DNA of 64,000 nucleotides, from positions 100,378,001 to 100,442,000 of the forward strand of contig OX597814.1 in the NCBI GenBank assembly GCA_951406725.2, in the 5' to 3' direction. The notes under the pieces are model-generated. The model made no database searches. It saw only the letters and a list, made by a program, of their open reading frames with translations, and was not told the origin of the DNA. The first letter of the stretch is position 1; each line of letters opens with the position of its first letter. This DNA is from Octopus vulgaris. Its lineage: Eukaryota. Both the position numbers and the translations under genes were made by a program. Of the stretch, positions 29,698 to 43,352 are shown piece by piece.

Positions 29698-30316
29698 GTA
29701 AATATATACGTATATTATTTTATGCTCTTTCTTTTACTTGTTTCATTCATCAAACTGGCAATGCTGGAGCAAAATAGAAAGTTTGTGATATTGGTGATTT
29801 TGTAGAGCCGTCTGAGCGTTAGCTTTAATTACCTCCCAGTATATTCTGAATCAACTTCACCCTTATCGGAATCGATTAAGTAGAGGAACCAGTCCAGAAG
29901 GATGAATTGATAGAACTCTTAAAAAGTTCAGGTGAGATGTCCTGCAGTGTCCATTCCACATCTTTCTAAACTACAATGGAAAAGTTACTTTTTGTTGAGT
30001 GGTAAACGAAGCGTAACAAAATCGTTATCAATATAAATTAATTCCCGTATGTGAAGCTAGAAGGTACTGAAAAACTAGAAGGTAGTGTTTTCGTCCGACT
30101 AAATCCATTTATAGACGCATCGTATTAAAAATTAAAACAATATACTCTTGAGCTAGGCGAAACGAAATCGCTCAGATTTGAACACGAGAGTAAAAAATAC
30201 GTAGTTCGTTGTTTTTGTGGCTATCAATGTCAGGTATGTCACATCGGAAACGAAATCGACTCTGAAGTATATAGTAATATAATCTGAAGTATATAGTAAT
30301 AGTATATAAACCATAC

Positions 30317-30576
30317 GTTGGAGACGCGTGGCTTAGTGGTTAGGGTGTCAGCACCATGATCGTAATATTGTGGTTTCGATTCCTGGACCGGGCGACGCGT
30401 TGTGTTCTTGAGCAACACACTTCATTTCACGTTGTTCCAGTCCACTCAGCTGGCAAAAATGAGTAACGCTGCGATGGACTGGCGTCCTGTCCAGCTGGGG
30501 AATACATAGGCCATAGAAACCTGGAAACCGGTACATGAGGCTGGCTAGGCTTTAAAAAGGGCGCATTTATTTTATT
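30317..30576 (+). mobile_element. tRNA-derived SINE family C (CORE-like plus V-domain-like body), 14-bp TSD
   Basis: A box tggcttagtgg, B box gtttcgattcc; ttgtgttcttgagcaacacactt..cagctggcaaaaatgagta; gcgatggactggcgtcctgtccag; TSD tatataaaccatac at 30303-30316 and 30577-30590. Confidence 0.88.
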
Positions 30577-31163
30577 TATATAAACCATACAGTGGTTTGT
30601 AAAGACACATCCGTAAAGGGATTTTCCCCGGATCAAAACTGTAGCTTCAGGTTGCTCAGTAACACACATACTTTAAGAATGTTATATAAAGTTTTGATTA
30701 GAGAGCTGCTGGAAAAGCATAATTTCAAAATATAACTGTTTATGATAAATAGTTTAACGATTTTCAAGCAAAGAATGGATAACAGTTATTATTCAAATTT
30801 GAATACATATATTACCTTATGCGTCCTTGGGAAGTAAACCTTTAATTTATACCTTATGCTAGCTTAAAATGCGATTTGCGAAGTATTATTAACCATTATA
30901 CTATAATGTAAATAGCGACTGTGTATGTTTGCAATGATAAGTGAAATTAAATCATTAGTTGTAATTCTAAAGGATTTTGGTATATAATTTTTTATTATAT
31001 TATATTGAAAATTAATAATTTTACGCTTGAAGTGGCTCAAAAAAATCTATTGGAAACAGAACAAAATGGGTATTAAGCATGAGTATTAGTTGGAAATTGT
31101 TTTTGAGGATTAACTTTTATGTCTGGAATTTTCTGGTAATTAAGCTTACAAATGTATGATATA

Positions 31164-31643
31164 CAGGGTGCGGCAGAAGTAACGGCCTTTTTGCATTTAA
31201 TAACCTTTATTATTTCTGTTGCTGTTCCCTGGCTCATATGGACTGGTTTTCTCGGTTTCATTGGCGTATAGGTTCCCCACCCGGACCGGCGGCCCGCCAG
31301 TCATTCACAGATGAGCTGCTAGATACAGGAGGAAATAGTGAGAGAAAGTTGTGGCGAAAGAGTTGGCAGAAGTTCGCCATTACCTTCTGCCGGAGCCACA
31401 CACATCGCCCGGTCTGAGATTTGAATCCGTGATCCCTCGATCGAGAGTCCGCTGCTCTAACCACCAAGCCATATGCTCTACAACTTTTATTAAGTAATTT
31501 TTTATTGGACAGAAATTTATTGCTTTACTTAAAGAAACAATAAACTAATAAAAAAAATCGCAGAAGTTTTAGGATATAAAAAGAAAACTCAATAAGAAAC
31601 TAGAAAACTCAAATATAAAGAGCGTTACTTCTGCCGCACTCTG
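31164..31643. mobile_element. Tc1/mariner MITE with a nested SINE (~31213-31481, minus)
   Basis: TA-CAGGGTGCGGCAGAAGTAACG ... CGTTACTTCTGCCGCACTCTG-TA. Nested tRNA-head element (tggcttggtggttagagc..gattcaaatc) with TSD aac(c/t)tttatta. Confidence 0.85.
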
Positions 31644-32119
31644 TATATTAGATAGAAATAGATGCTTTATGACAATATAATGGTTAGGATTGTAGGCTCA
31701 CGGTTGTAAGTTTGTGGATTCGAATCTTGGACTGACTTGCGCGTTGTCCTTACACAAACCACTGCATTTCACTTTGTTCCTGTCTACTCAGCTGAAAATA
31801 TTGAGTCTGGTGCTCAGGCAGTTAACCTTCCCTCCGTCCAGTTATCAAATCCTAGATATAGATGAAAACAATAAAGGAATAATGTGGAGAATTTCTAACA
31901 ATGCCCAGAAATAATTTAATTCTTTATCTTTAAATCTCCGACCACCATAGGAAAAAGCGTTTAAGAAATTATCTAACACCTAAGATCGTCATTTCCCATC
32001 TTAGGCGAAAAACAAGACAGCCATATATAGATTCTGATAATTCATTAACTGCTTTTAGGTTGGTAGGTGGAGACTAACTCAAGTAATATAACAAATTAAT
32101 AAATTAATACTTCTCTTTT

Positions 32120-32310
32120 CGATTTGTCCACCGACTTCCACCTGTTCAGGCCCTTGAGGGATAGTGTTCGAGGACATGGTTTTCCTGATACAGGAAATGG
32201 TTATGAAAAAGTGAAGAGTTTGTTACAGTATCTGAACTTTTTCAAAGAGAACTCAAGAGCTGAGTTCAACCACAGTGCAAATACATTTCTTTTGATGGAG
32301 ATTATGTTTA
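32120..32310 (+). pseudogene. Mariner transposase C-terminal fragment
   Basis: DLSTDFHLFRPLRDSVRGHGF resembles SDFHLFGPLKDALRG. Confidence 0.65.
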
Positions 32311-32554
32311 GTTGTTCCGTTGTATAGAAACACAGTTACTCACCAATCCATACATTTAGAACAACTTTTGTCAGTTAATAAACCAGTCATCCTCCGCCTC
32401 CAGTGATGCATTGTGACCACAGCCCAGTTGTGCACCTGTGTTACATGTCGTGGCTCGTCTGTCCGCACGAATCAATTCATGCGTTCGCTGGTGATGTATG
32501 TCAGTGGTCGCAGCTGATAATTTATCATTGATGTTGGTTCCCTGATCGTATAGG

Positions 32555-32615
<61 letters not shown>

Positions 32616-33027
32616 AGATAAATAGATAATCATATGTATATAATATGCATTCAGATACATACGCATGCGCGCGCACTCCCACATACATACATACATACAT
32701 ACACACACAGATATATACATACATGCATATTCATATAACTGTATATGTGATATATCATAACAATATATATATTTAAATATTGTCGCTTCAAATCCATAGA
32801 ATATATATTATTGTGATATATCCTTATGCAGTTATTATTATACTATTAGTCTTCCGTAGTAGCTTTCTCTCCGTAACTTACAAGGCCTTTCTAGTTTGTT
32901 TACAAATATTATGTGTAGTGTAAGCGGAAAGCAGGTATATCAGTGTGCAAAGGAGTTCGCTTGCCCACCACATTTTTTGGGGCTCACTCCTACTGTCTGG
33001 CACCTTGGGCTAGTGTCTTCCACTATA

Positions 33028-33173
33028 GGCGCAGGAGTGGCTCTTTGGTAAGTAACTTGCTTGCCAACCATATTGGTCCCGAATTCAGTACCACTGCGTG
33101 GCATCCTGGGCAAGTGTCTTCTAGTATAGCCGCGAGCCGGATTTGGTAGACGGAAACTGAAAGAAGCCTGTCG

Positions 33174-33217
<44 letters not shown>

Positions 33218-33430
33218 CGTGTGTGTGTGTTTCTGTGATTTTCCTCACCATTGCTTGACAACCGATGTTTTGGTATTTACGTCCCTGTAACTTAGCGGTT
33301 CGGCAAAAGAGACCGATAGAAGAAGTAGTAGGCTTACAAAGAATAAGTCCTGGGTTCGATTTGTTCGACAAAAGGCGATGCTCCAGCATGGCCGCCGTCA
33401 AATGACTGAAATAAATAAAAGAATAAAAGA
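33028..33430 (+). mobile_element. SINE family B with internal (TA)n(TG)n microsatellite
   Basis: ggcgcaggagtggct..ggtaagt..ccactgcgtggcatcctgggcaagtg..gacggaaactgaaagaagcc[microsat]..cttagcggttcggcaaaagag..gctccagcatggccg..aaatgactgaaa; preceded by a partial head at ~32950-33027. Confidence 0.88.
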
Positions 33431-33447
33431 ATATATGTATGTGTATA

Positions 33448-33488
<41 letters not shown>

Positions 33489-33610
33489 CCGAAATTTGCT
33501 ATGATGATTCGGTGTCTGACTGAAGATTGAAGGCTTCGAATGATTTGTCTGTGTTCCGTGTTCGTCCCTTCCTGTATTTCACGTTCATTATATATAAAAA
33601 CATTCATTCT

Positions 33611-33664
<54 letters not shown>

Positions 33665-33706
33665 CAGACAGACAGACAGATTGATAGATAGATAGATATA
33701 CATATA

Positions 33707-33750
<44 letters not shown>

Positions 33751-34504
33751 AACACACCCGCATGATGAATTAGTTCCGTCAATGAAATAGAGCAACAAAA
33801 TTATGATGCCAAAGTTACTGGCATCTTCCTGAAACCGCTACAAAATATGAGCGTACAGGTTTTATCTGAGGACAAATCGTTACGAAAGCATTTTTGGTTC
33901 ATTGTTGAGTCACAGTCAGATGTGATTGGTAGGGTATGCTAAGTGGGAGGATGTCGGACGACTCTCAAACGACTCTTTAAACCGCACTTGAATTCGGAGA
34001 GAGTTAATAACATTAAAAAAAATCTCAATACTACATAAAATACCAGCTAAAAGTTTTATAAAAAAGATATATAAGATTTCGATACGGAAAAAGCAGGAGA
34101 TAAACTGAAATGGTAAACAATATTCTGTGATGAAGGTATACAATGTGTTTGAGAACGGTCGGATTTAATCTAGACGAACTCATATGTAGTTTGCTAATTC
34201 CGAAGCTAATTCCGAAATTGACTCGATGTCTAAAAAACTTATAATGTAGAAAGTAAGAAAAGTAAGAAAACTTTGAATGTAAGGTCAACCCATAAAATCT
34301 CAGTAACACTTATATGTCTCCAAAACACTACGTGTGCAATGTACACCGAAGTATGTAAGTTCAAGTTTGAGGTACAAAGACATATGATAGTACATTAAAA
34401 TGCCGTTCAATGGATAGCTCCAATACATGCTACAGAGATTTCCTAAGCCACTTCAAAGCACCATACCCGTATGGCAGTCACCAGGTATTGACTGCATAGT
34501 AAAT

Positions 34505-34660
34505 AATTGTGACTGTGTTGTAAGTAGCTTGCTTACCAAGTACATGGTTCCGTGTTCAGCCCCACTGCGTGGCACCATGAGCAAACGTTCTCTGGTATAG
34601 CCTCAGGTCGACCAAAGTCTTGTGAGTGGATATGATAGACGGAAACTGAAAGAAGCCTGT

Positions 34661-34738
<78 letters not shown>

Positions 34739-35685
34739 TGTGTGTGTGTGTACAGGGGTTGGTCAAAATAATGGAAACACCTTAAAATTTTAAACAAATT
34801 TCTTTTAATATGGGGTAGGACCGCCATTAGTAGTAATTACAGCTTGAATTCTACAAGGTATCGACTCGTGCGAAGTTTGAATTGTTTCCAAAGGAAGTTT
34901 TTGCTATTCTTCGGCTAAAACAGTCTCCAGTCCTTGTAGTGATGATGGTGGAGGATATCGACTACTTGTTTTTCTAAAATGCACCATAAATGTTCAATAA
35001 TATTGCAGGCCTCCTGCGAAATCTGGCTTTGTCCAACTCCTGGCGAATAGTTTTGTGAAAACTGGGTTGTCGAGGTGGTCATTAAGCTCTGCAGTAATTT
35101 TTGGAGCTATACTTTTGTGATCCTTTCTAACAATTCGCGTAAGAGTCCTATTTGAAAGTTTTGGTTTTCTTCCGGAGTTTTGTTTCGACATGGCGGTTTT
35201 ACCCTCCTTCTTAAAGGCTGTCATTATTTTCGAGACAGTACTTCTTAATACAGAAAACGTTTTCGCAGTTTCATTACGTTAACACCTGCCATACGAGCAC
35301 GACAATTTGACCTCTTTGAAAGTCCGATAGATCTGTCATTTTAATGAATTTTAATTTCCTTTTACTAATGATATCTGGAAAGAAACAGCAATTTAGCAAA
35401 GCGTATTAAGCAACACTAATAATAAATCACAACACATAAAAATTAACAAGCTCTTGACGGTTTTATAGATATTTCAAAATCATGATGCTATGATGCTAGG
35501 TGTTTCCTTCATTTTGTCAAACCCCTATATATATATATAAAAGTAAATAAATGGTACAACGAAGTACCGATATTTACTGGAAAATAGCGATCGTAATAAA
35601 TACGACGCTATTGTATAGCTTCACTGCGTATATACTAGTAAAGACGTGTGTGCAACAAACATGAAAAAAAATAGTCTTACCTCTA

Positions 35686-35771
<86 letters not shown>

Positions 35772-35975
35772 TGTGTTTGTCCCTGCACCATCGCTTGACA
35801 ACCTATGTTGGTGTGTCTTCGTTCCCGTAACTTAACGGTTTCGCAAAAAAAATCTATAAAATAAGTACTAGGTTTACAAAGGATAAGGTCTGGGATCAAT
35901 TACTTCATCTATAGGCGGTACCCCAGTATGGCCGCAGTCAAATGACTGAAACAAATAAAAGAGTAAAAGAGTAAG
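34505..35975 (+). mobile_element. SINE family B split by a Tc1 insertion in its internal microsatellite
   Basis: 5' half at 34505-34660; 3' half at ~35770-35975. Confidence 0.75.
34753..35527 (-). mobile_element. Internally deleted Tc1 element
   Basis: TIRs CAGGGGTTGGTCAAAATAATGGAAACACCT / AGGTGTTTCCTTCATTTTGTCAAACCCCTA with TA flanks. Minus strand MTDLSDFQRGQIV... and TVSKIMTAFKKEGKT...GRKPKLS..TLTRIVRK...ITAELN (Tc1 paired-like domain). Confidence 0.9.
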
Positions 35976-36489
35976 ACAATCAAGACACCTTCCTTCTGAC
36001 GCAGAGAAATAGTGTTTATCAAAATGAGATAAGATATACTTTGTACAAAAACTGAACCCTTGAAACTAAAGGAAAACTCTAGTTCACTGTGGTTGCGCAG
36101 TTTTCAGTGGTAATCGCCTTCTTGAACTGAGATGAACTCGCATAATTAACTGTAGTAACATCGATCACGGTGACAATGATATGATGGAAGCCATCTGACT
36201 ATATTGTATTTTGACAAGTCTGAAATTCTGTAAATAATCATGTCTCTCCCTCGCTATTACTCTCTCTTCCTCTGTATTCTCCCTCTCACTTAGCATATGC
36301 ACCGCGAACTCAATGAATTGTGTATATGGACACATACACTCACATACAGAAATACATACATACATACATGCATACATGCATACATACATACATGCATACA
36401 TACATACATACATACATACATGCATACATACATACATACATATATACATACATACATACATACATACATACATACATACATGCATACAT

Positions 36490-36890
36490 ACATGGTGGCT
36501 GCCCCCTCGTTATCGAGTATGGCCATTGCACGAAGCTTAATCAATGTTGTTATCGTGCAATGCCTGTGCAAGAAGAATTTTTTAAAGTGAAGAAAGGCTG
36601 TCCACTGAGTCAATCCCACTCACTAAGCAACAGCAGCCATAATCCGAAAAGAAGAACAAGTCAACATCATCGGTAACCACTGAGCCGCAGGCTTATGTCG
36701 GAGCTATCCCAGTTACCTGAGTTATCTCCTCCTAGAAGGATGCCCTAACAAAGGCTAGGAGTCTTTCACTCCCAATGGTTTAACCGCGCGATCGGGTATT
36801 CAGTCCGATTATTTCTATGTCCCCGCGCATGATATAGCCTTAAGACATTTATTGGATGGCCGTTGACTCTCAAGAGTTCCTCCGCCCTTC
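36490..36890 (-). mobile_element. Possible RTE-derived non-autonomous retroelement with (ATGT)n tail
   Basis: GC-richer island between (TACA)n tracts; ggcatccttctaggaggagataactc resembles RTE 5' UTR motifs; ends gggggcagccaccat(gtat)n. Family assignment is inference. Confidence 0.35.
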
Positions 36891-36918
36891 TATATACATA
36901 CATACATACATACATACA

Positions 36919-36954
<36 letters not shown>

Positions 36955-36964
36955 TATATGTGTG

Positions 36965-37288
36965 TGGACGTACGGAACGGAGACACCCTTCGGTTACGAA
37001 TGACCATAGGATTGCACCTAGAAAGTTACCCTCCGAGGCACAAGTCCGGGCAAAGGTTGTTTATGGAAGACCAGCAGTCGCCCATGCATAACGGCCACCC
37101 CTCTCCACGACACAAATGTTATCCGAGGGAAAGGCAAAGACCGATACAGCTTGGCACCAGTGACGTCGCAACACTTTTCTACAGCTGAGTGAGCTGGAGC
37201 AACGTGAAATAAAGTGTCTTGCTGAAGAACACAACACGCAGCCCGGTCCGGAATTCGAACTCACAACTTCTAGGTCGTAAGCTCAACG
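36965..37288 (-). mobile_element. SINE family C with a different 3' tail; abuts SINE A (+) at 37288-37415
   Basis: gagttcgaattccggaccgggctgcgtgttgtgttcttcagcaagacactttatttcacgttgctccag on minus. Confidence 0.8.
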
Positions 37289-37417
37289 CTGGCAGAATCG
37301 TTAGCATGCCGAGCGAAATGCCTAGCGGTATTCCGTCTGCCGTTACGTTCTGAGTTTCATCTTTCGGGGTCGTTTAAATAAATACCAGTTACGCGCCAGG
37401 GTCGATGTAATAGACTT

Positions 37418-37452
<35 letters not shown>

Positions 37453-37454
37453 GC

Positions 37455-37630
37455 ATAATAGAATTTACAGAAAAACAAAAGATGAAGACAGGTGTATATG
37501 CAAATTGCAGGTGTATTAGTTTGACGCTCGTGAAGCTAAAAATGGTTTTTACGTTTCGAGCTTACGCTCTTCAACAGAAAGGAACACGATGAAATAAACA
37601 CTAGAGAATAAAAAGCTTTTGTAGTTAGCG
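37455..37630 (-). mobile_element. Family H short repeat; best-preserved hammerhead-like motif (37547-37581)
   Basis: Minus strand: cttt-CTGTTGA-A-gagc-gtaa-gctc-GAAA-CG-TA-aaa. Confidence 0.65.
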
Positions 37631-37645
37631 GTCACTCACACACAT

Positions 37646-37748
<103 letters not shown>

Positions 37749-37871
37749 TACGACAGGCTTCTTTCAATTTCCGTCTACGAAATCCACTCACTAGGCATTG
37801 GTCGGCCCGAGGCTAGAGTAGAAGACACTTGCCCATAGATATAGATATTCAGCATGCAATATATGTTTATG

Positions 37872-37987
<116 letters not shown>

Positions 37988-38005
37988 TATATGTATATAT
38001 ATATG

Positions 38006-38039
<34 letters not shown>

Positions 38040-38045
38040 TGTATG

Positions 38046-38092
<47 letters not shown>

Positions 38093-38097
38093 GTGTG

Positions 38098-38129
<32 letters not shown>

Positions 38130-38132
38130 TAT

Positions 38133-38221
<89 letters not shown>

Positions 38222-38618
38222 CACATATATTGCATGCTGAATATCAATCTATGTGTCTGTGTGTAATGTATATGACTGCGCTTTTACAAGCGACAAGGCA
38301 TGGTTGTTGGAAAGCCGGATAATGCAACTTACGGTATGCCAATCTGGCTATTTGCTTGATGTGTTCAAATTTACCCTATTTTATCCCCATCACCATTCCT
38401 ACAACGAAGGCCTGATGTTTTGGGTAAAGTAAATCTTCAAAACTTAACCAACAGTAAATGGACTTTTTCGGTCGGAGTCAAAAGTGGAGTCTCTTCTGCA
38501 GAAATGACATGTAACTTGTTAACATTAAAAACACTCGAGCACACACACACTCTCCTTCGCCACAAACACACACATGTATATTTTTCAGATTTATTTATCA
38601 GTTTCAGCTCAAAGCTAT

Positions 38619-38653
<35 letters not shown>

Positions 38654-38679
38654 TACTCTTAAAACCATCTACCCGATAC

Positions 38680-38909
38680 ATTTTTATTACCCACAAGGGG
38701 CTAACTATAGAAGGGACAAACAAGGATAGACAAAGGGATTGAGTCGATTGCATCGACCCCAGTGCGAAACTGTTAATTTATTTATCGCCCCCGAAATGAT
38801 GAAAGGCAAAATCGACCTCGGCGGAATTTGAACTCAGAACGTAACGGCAGACGAAATACCGCTAAGCATTTCGCCCGGCGCGCTAACGTTTCTGCCAGCT
38901 CGCCGCCTT
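38680..38909 (-). mobile_element. SINE family A, full length
   Basis: Near-identical to 4742-4971. More copies at ~41910-42135 and ~42545-42725. Confidence 0.9.
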
Positions 38910-39950
38910 CCATCCACCCGATATATGTTTATATATTTGGTGTATATTTGTGTGCGTATGTCAGTGTGTTTATGTGTTTGTGTAGTGTGTGTGTATGTGT
39001 GTGTGTGTGTTTAATGTGTGTGAAAGAGAGAATATGCATATGTTTATGTGTGTGTGAGTGTGCGGCTAAAATTTTGGCACATCGGAAAATAAAGTAAAAT
39101 GAATATAACAGATCTTTGTGTTCCTACAATGATAAAATGATTCTTCGACGATGTAATTGCTTCAGCTTCAATAGATACCTCAGGTAAAAATCAGTTGCCA
39201 GACAAGTGTGTGTGTATATATGTGTGTGTGTTTGTGTGTATAACCATGTGAGTCTACCTGTGTGTGCGTGCCTGTATGTGTGTGCGTGCCCGTATGTGTG
39301 TGCGTGCCCGTATGTGTGTGTGCGTGCTCGTATGTGTGTGCGTACATAAGTACGTTCGCGGGTAGATAGTTACGCAGGTACGAATTCAATTATCTGTCGC
39401 GCTTATCTCTCCCCTTCTCATCCCATCACCTTTTCCTTCCCTCTTACATCTCTCTGTCTTCCTCTCTCTCACTCTCACCACACACACACATACACATGCA
39501 CACACATACACACATACACACTCACACAGACACGTACTCACACAGAACCACAAACGAGGACACACGGGCATAAACATACAACACCGACACACACGGAGTA
39601 ATACAAATTCGTCACGGTCCACGCTCTTATTTATGTAATTATTCATTCAATCATCTATTTCTGATGTACCACGAATATATATACCAATTTCTCACGGATC
39701 AACGGACATGATTCCAACTCATGTAACATCTAAAGAAAATCTATGTATATATTATAGATTTACAGCTATCGGAAATTCCATATTGTTCTGTGTTAATACA
39801 GAAATTGAATGGAATATAAAAAGCTTTCAGTGATGATATACAAATCAGATTTAGGTACTCAACTTCCTGAGTCAAATTCCATCCTAAATGTGACACCATA
39901 GAAAATTGTTTATGTTATCCTGCTTATATCGTACATTATATCACATATAG

Positions 39951-39998
<48 letters not shown>

Positions 39999-40137
39999 AA
40001 ACACACACTCACACACACACAAACACACACAGACACACACGGCGATAGCCATATGTGCATAATGTTAATGATCATATGTTGTACGTGTGTATGAATGTGT
40101 ACGTATGTATTTCTACACACTCGTTCACACGTATATT

Positions 40138-40180
<43 letters not shown>

Positions 40181-40453
40181 TCATAAAGAGAGAGAGAGAG
40201 AGATCATTATATTACAAGTATGTTATAATGTTATATACATACGTACATATACATATATGTGCATGTGTGTATGTATGTATATATAAACACAATATTTTGT
40301 GAATATGTATGTGTGAGTGTGTTTTAAATCATTGAAAGCAAATTTTGCATATGTAAATGCGTAAGTAAATGTTAACACAGCTGTAAAGGAACACACATAT
40401 ACGCACACTTAGCGCACATTGTAAGTATGCACATGAGTGCATATATGTGCGCT

Positions 40454-40514
<61 letters not shown>

Positions 40515-40561
40515 CTATGTATATATATGTGTGTGTATATACATATATAAATACTTATATA

Positions 40562-40602
<41 letters not shown>

Positions 40603-40617
40603 GTGTATATATATATA

Positions 40618-40666
<49 letters not shown>

Positions 40667-41164
40667 ATATATATAATACATATGCCTCATGCATTTTACA
40701 TATATGGAAATCTGTGAGTTTCTCTGTATTTGTTGCTTTCAGAATATCTTTCCGACATCAGATGTACATCTGTATTGTTGTAAATATATTGAATATTCAT
40801 ACAACTCTTTTATATATTATATTTCATATTCTATATATTTTACAAAATTATAGTTTGTACTTCAAGTGAAAGGATAAAACATTAACAAATTGTGAACGTT
40901 AAGTATCAACAAAGTATTTCTATACGCTACTATATAAAGGAGAAAAGTAGGTTGCATGTATTTAAAGAGTAACTTTTCATTGCCGAGGTTCTGGTTGTTA
41001 ATTGCTGTTGTTAAAACTGTTGCTTTTGGCTCGTCTTTGCAATGGCTTCTGCTTTTTGTGTTTCTTAGTTTTGTTGTCACTGCTTTTGTTCCTACTGCTC
41101 TCTCCCCTTCCCCCCTCCTCCTCTTTCATCGCTTCCACCACCACCAACTCTCCCCGTCATCTAT

Positions 41165-41289
41165 TCTTCTTCTTCTTCTTCTTCTTCTTCTTCTTCTTCT
41201 TCTTCTTCTTCTTCTTCTTCTTCTTCTTCTTCTTCTTCTTCTTCTTCTTCTTCTTCTTCTTCTTCTTCTTCTTCTTCTTCGTCTTCTTC
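41165..41289. repeat. (CTT)n, ~40 units
   Basis: Direct reading. Confidence 0.95.
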
Positions 41290-43068
41290 CGATCAGCAAC
41301 TCGCGGGCTAACGTCGATGAATCAAGACTCTGGTTAAATTGATTGGTTCTGGTTCGGCCTACATCAGAGATTTGAAAACTAGGGCAATGTCAGGAACAAC
41401 GTAAGCATGTCAAACAGAAATTGACCTAGAGAAAGCTGTCTCTCAAAAAGTCGAGCAGAGGTGGAAAATGCTTTCACATCCTTTTCAATATACCATCGCC
41501 CAGCTGCTACGCCTTGGCGCGGGCGGTATTTTTTATTTCGTTTCTTTTAGAAGTGGTGTGTTCCGCTATTCAAAAAAAATAGATAAAATAAAATAAAACT
41601 GTAAATTCAAATGAGCTCAGAATTCAAGATACTGTAGTTAATGGTGTGTGCAGGCATGCATTAAGGCTGCGACATCTGCAAAGTGTCTTGACCTAGACTG
41701 TAAGCAGGTGTGCTCGTTTTCTACAATTCGTCTCATTCACTGAGCTATACTCCTAGGTCAAGGTTAGACAAAGAATGGGCCTCTGCTATCTTGATATATT
41801 CTCAGCAGCTCACAGTCGTTTACTAATCGAGAAATATTCACCTCTAAATATGCACCTGTAAATATTCACCTCTAAATATTCACCTGTGGAGACTATATGT
41901 AATTTATGCGTTCCAAATTTTGGTAAAAGGCCAACAAATTCGAAGGAGGGGCAAATCGATTATATCGATCCCAGTGCTCCACTGGTACTTATTTTATCGA
42001 CCAGTGCTCCACTGCTTTTTATTTTAGTAACCGAAATCGACCTCGAGGGAATTTGAACTCAGAACGTATTGGTGGACGAAATGTCGCTAAGCATTTTACC
42101 CGGTATGATCACGTTTCTGCCGGCTCGCTGCCTTACTATAGGTAATTGGTTAAGAAGGATTTTGCTTTTGTTGGTCAAAGTCTGCTGTGTATGATGACTT
42201 CCTTGGTAGGCACGGAGTCGATGTTCTGCTTCACACAGACACACACACAAACTCACACATTCATATTTCACACTCACACATACCTCGCATACGTAACACA
42301 TCCTCCCACACAAGTTAAGTCTACAAGAGATCATTGTGGGATGTGAGCTTAGAACTCAAAGATCTCGCTCAAATACAGCAAGACACTTCGTCCAATGTAC
42401 TTGCATTTTTACCAGTTCATACTCTGTATATCTATTCTTTCTTTATCGATCATCCTAGGATGAAAGGCAAGGTTCATTTCGGTCTTAGCATAGTTAATTT
42501 AGGGAAAAAAAACTGTTTTTGAAATCTACTACCAACAATAGTTTTTTTCTGATTTAGACACAAGGCTAGTAAATTTGAGGGGTGGGCAGCAAATCGATTG
42601 CATTGGCCCCGAAATGATAAAAGGCAAGGTTAACCTCAGTAGAATTTTGAGGGTCAGAACTTAAAAAGCTGGACGAAATGCATTAAACATTTTGTCCGAT
42701 GCGCTAGCGATTCTGCCAGCTCACTATACAGACGTTGAGAACCATTTTTCAATAATATTCTTTACTTGTTTCAGTCCTTAGGCCACTGCCATGCTGGGAG
42801 GGGGGGGGAACCACTTTGAAGAATTTTTAGTCGAATGGATTGAACTCAATATTTACCTCTTTCTAAGACTGGTGCTTATTGTATCTTACCTTTCCGCCGA
42901 GCAGCATGGTTGTGCGGTCGTAAACAAACCTACATCTAATGCAAAGCGATTGTGGGACACAAACACACGCCGAAGATGCACAGACGGACACACGCATACA
43001 CACATACACACATACACACACACACAAACACAAACACACACACACACACACTCACACACACATACAAA

Positions 43069-43352
43069 AATTGAAGAAATTGGAGTCAACAAGTAATAGG
43101 GCTGAATAGTTATTTTTTAATCGTTACAATGGTCTCAAGGAGGGGATGGCCTTGAAATCGACGATTTTCAACTAACGGAGACTGCACACAAATATCGCCT
43201 GAGGAAACACAACAGGATCTCATTATGCAAGCAAACAGCTGTATAACCAAATGCCTGTATTCCTGGAGAACTACGTTGCGTCGAAACAATTGTAGCGATT
43301 AAAAAATAACTGCCCGGCCGTACTTCTTCTTGTGACTATAATTTCTTCAATT
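43069..43352. repeat. Inverted repeat (43069-43137 / 43283-43352) around a hammerhead
   Basis: aattgaagaaatt..agtca..agttattttttaatcgttacaat vs attgtagcgattaaaaaataact..tgact..aatttcttcaatt. Confidence 0.8.
43194..43299 (+). ncRNA. Type I minimal hammerhead ribozyme with extended stem II
   Basis: atcgc-CTGAGGA-aacacaac...gttgcgtc-GAAAC-AATT-GTA-gcgat. 5-bp stem I; two mismatches at the base of stem II; predicted cut after 43294. Confidence 0.75.

Noticed and set aside
30320-30395. tRNA gene (also 60750-60820 and 31405-31480)
   Set aside because: A/B boxes are present but run on into SINE bodies with a TSD, and no convincing cloverleaf is evident.
41833-41888. 14-bp minisatellite aaatattcacctct x4 (also small duplications at 16895-16945 and 30262-30302)
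   Set aside because: Real but trivial slippage duplications with no sign of function.
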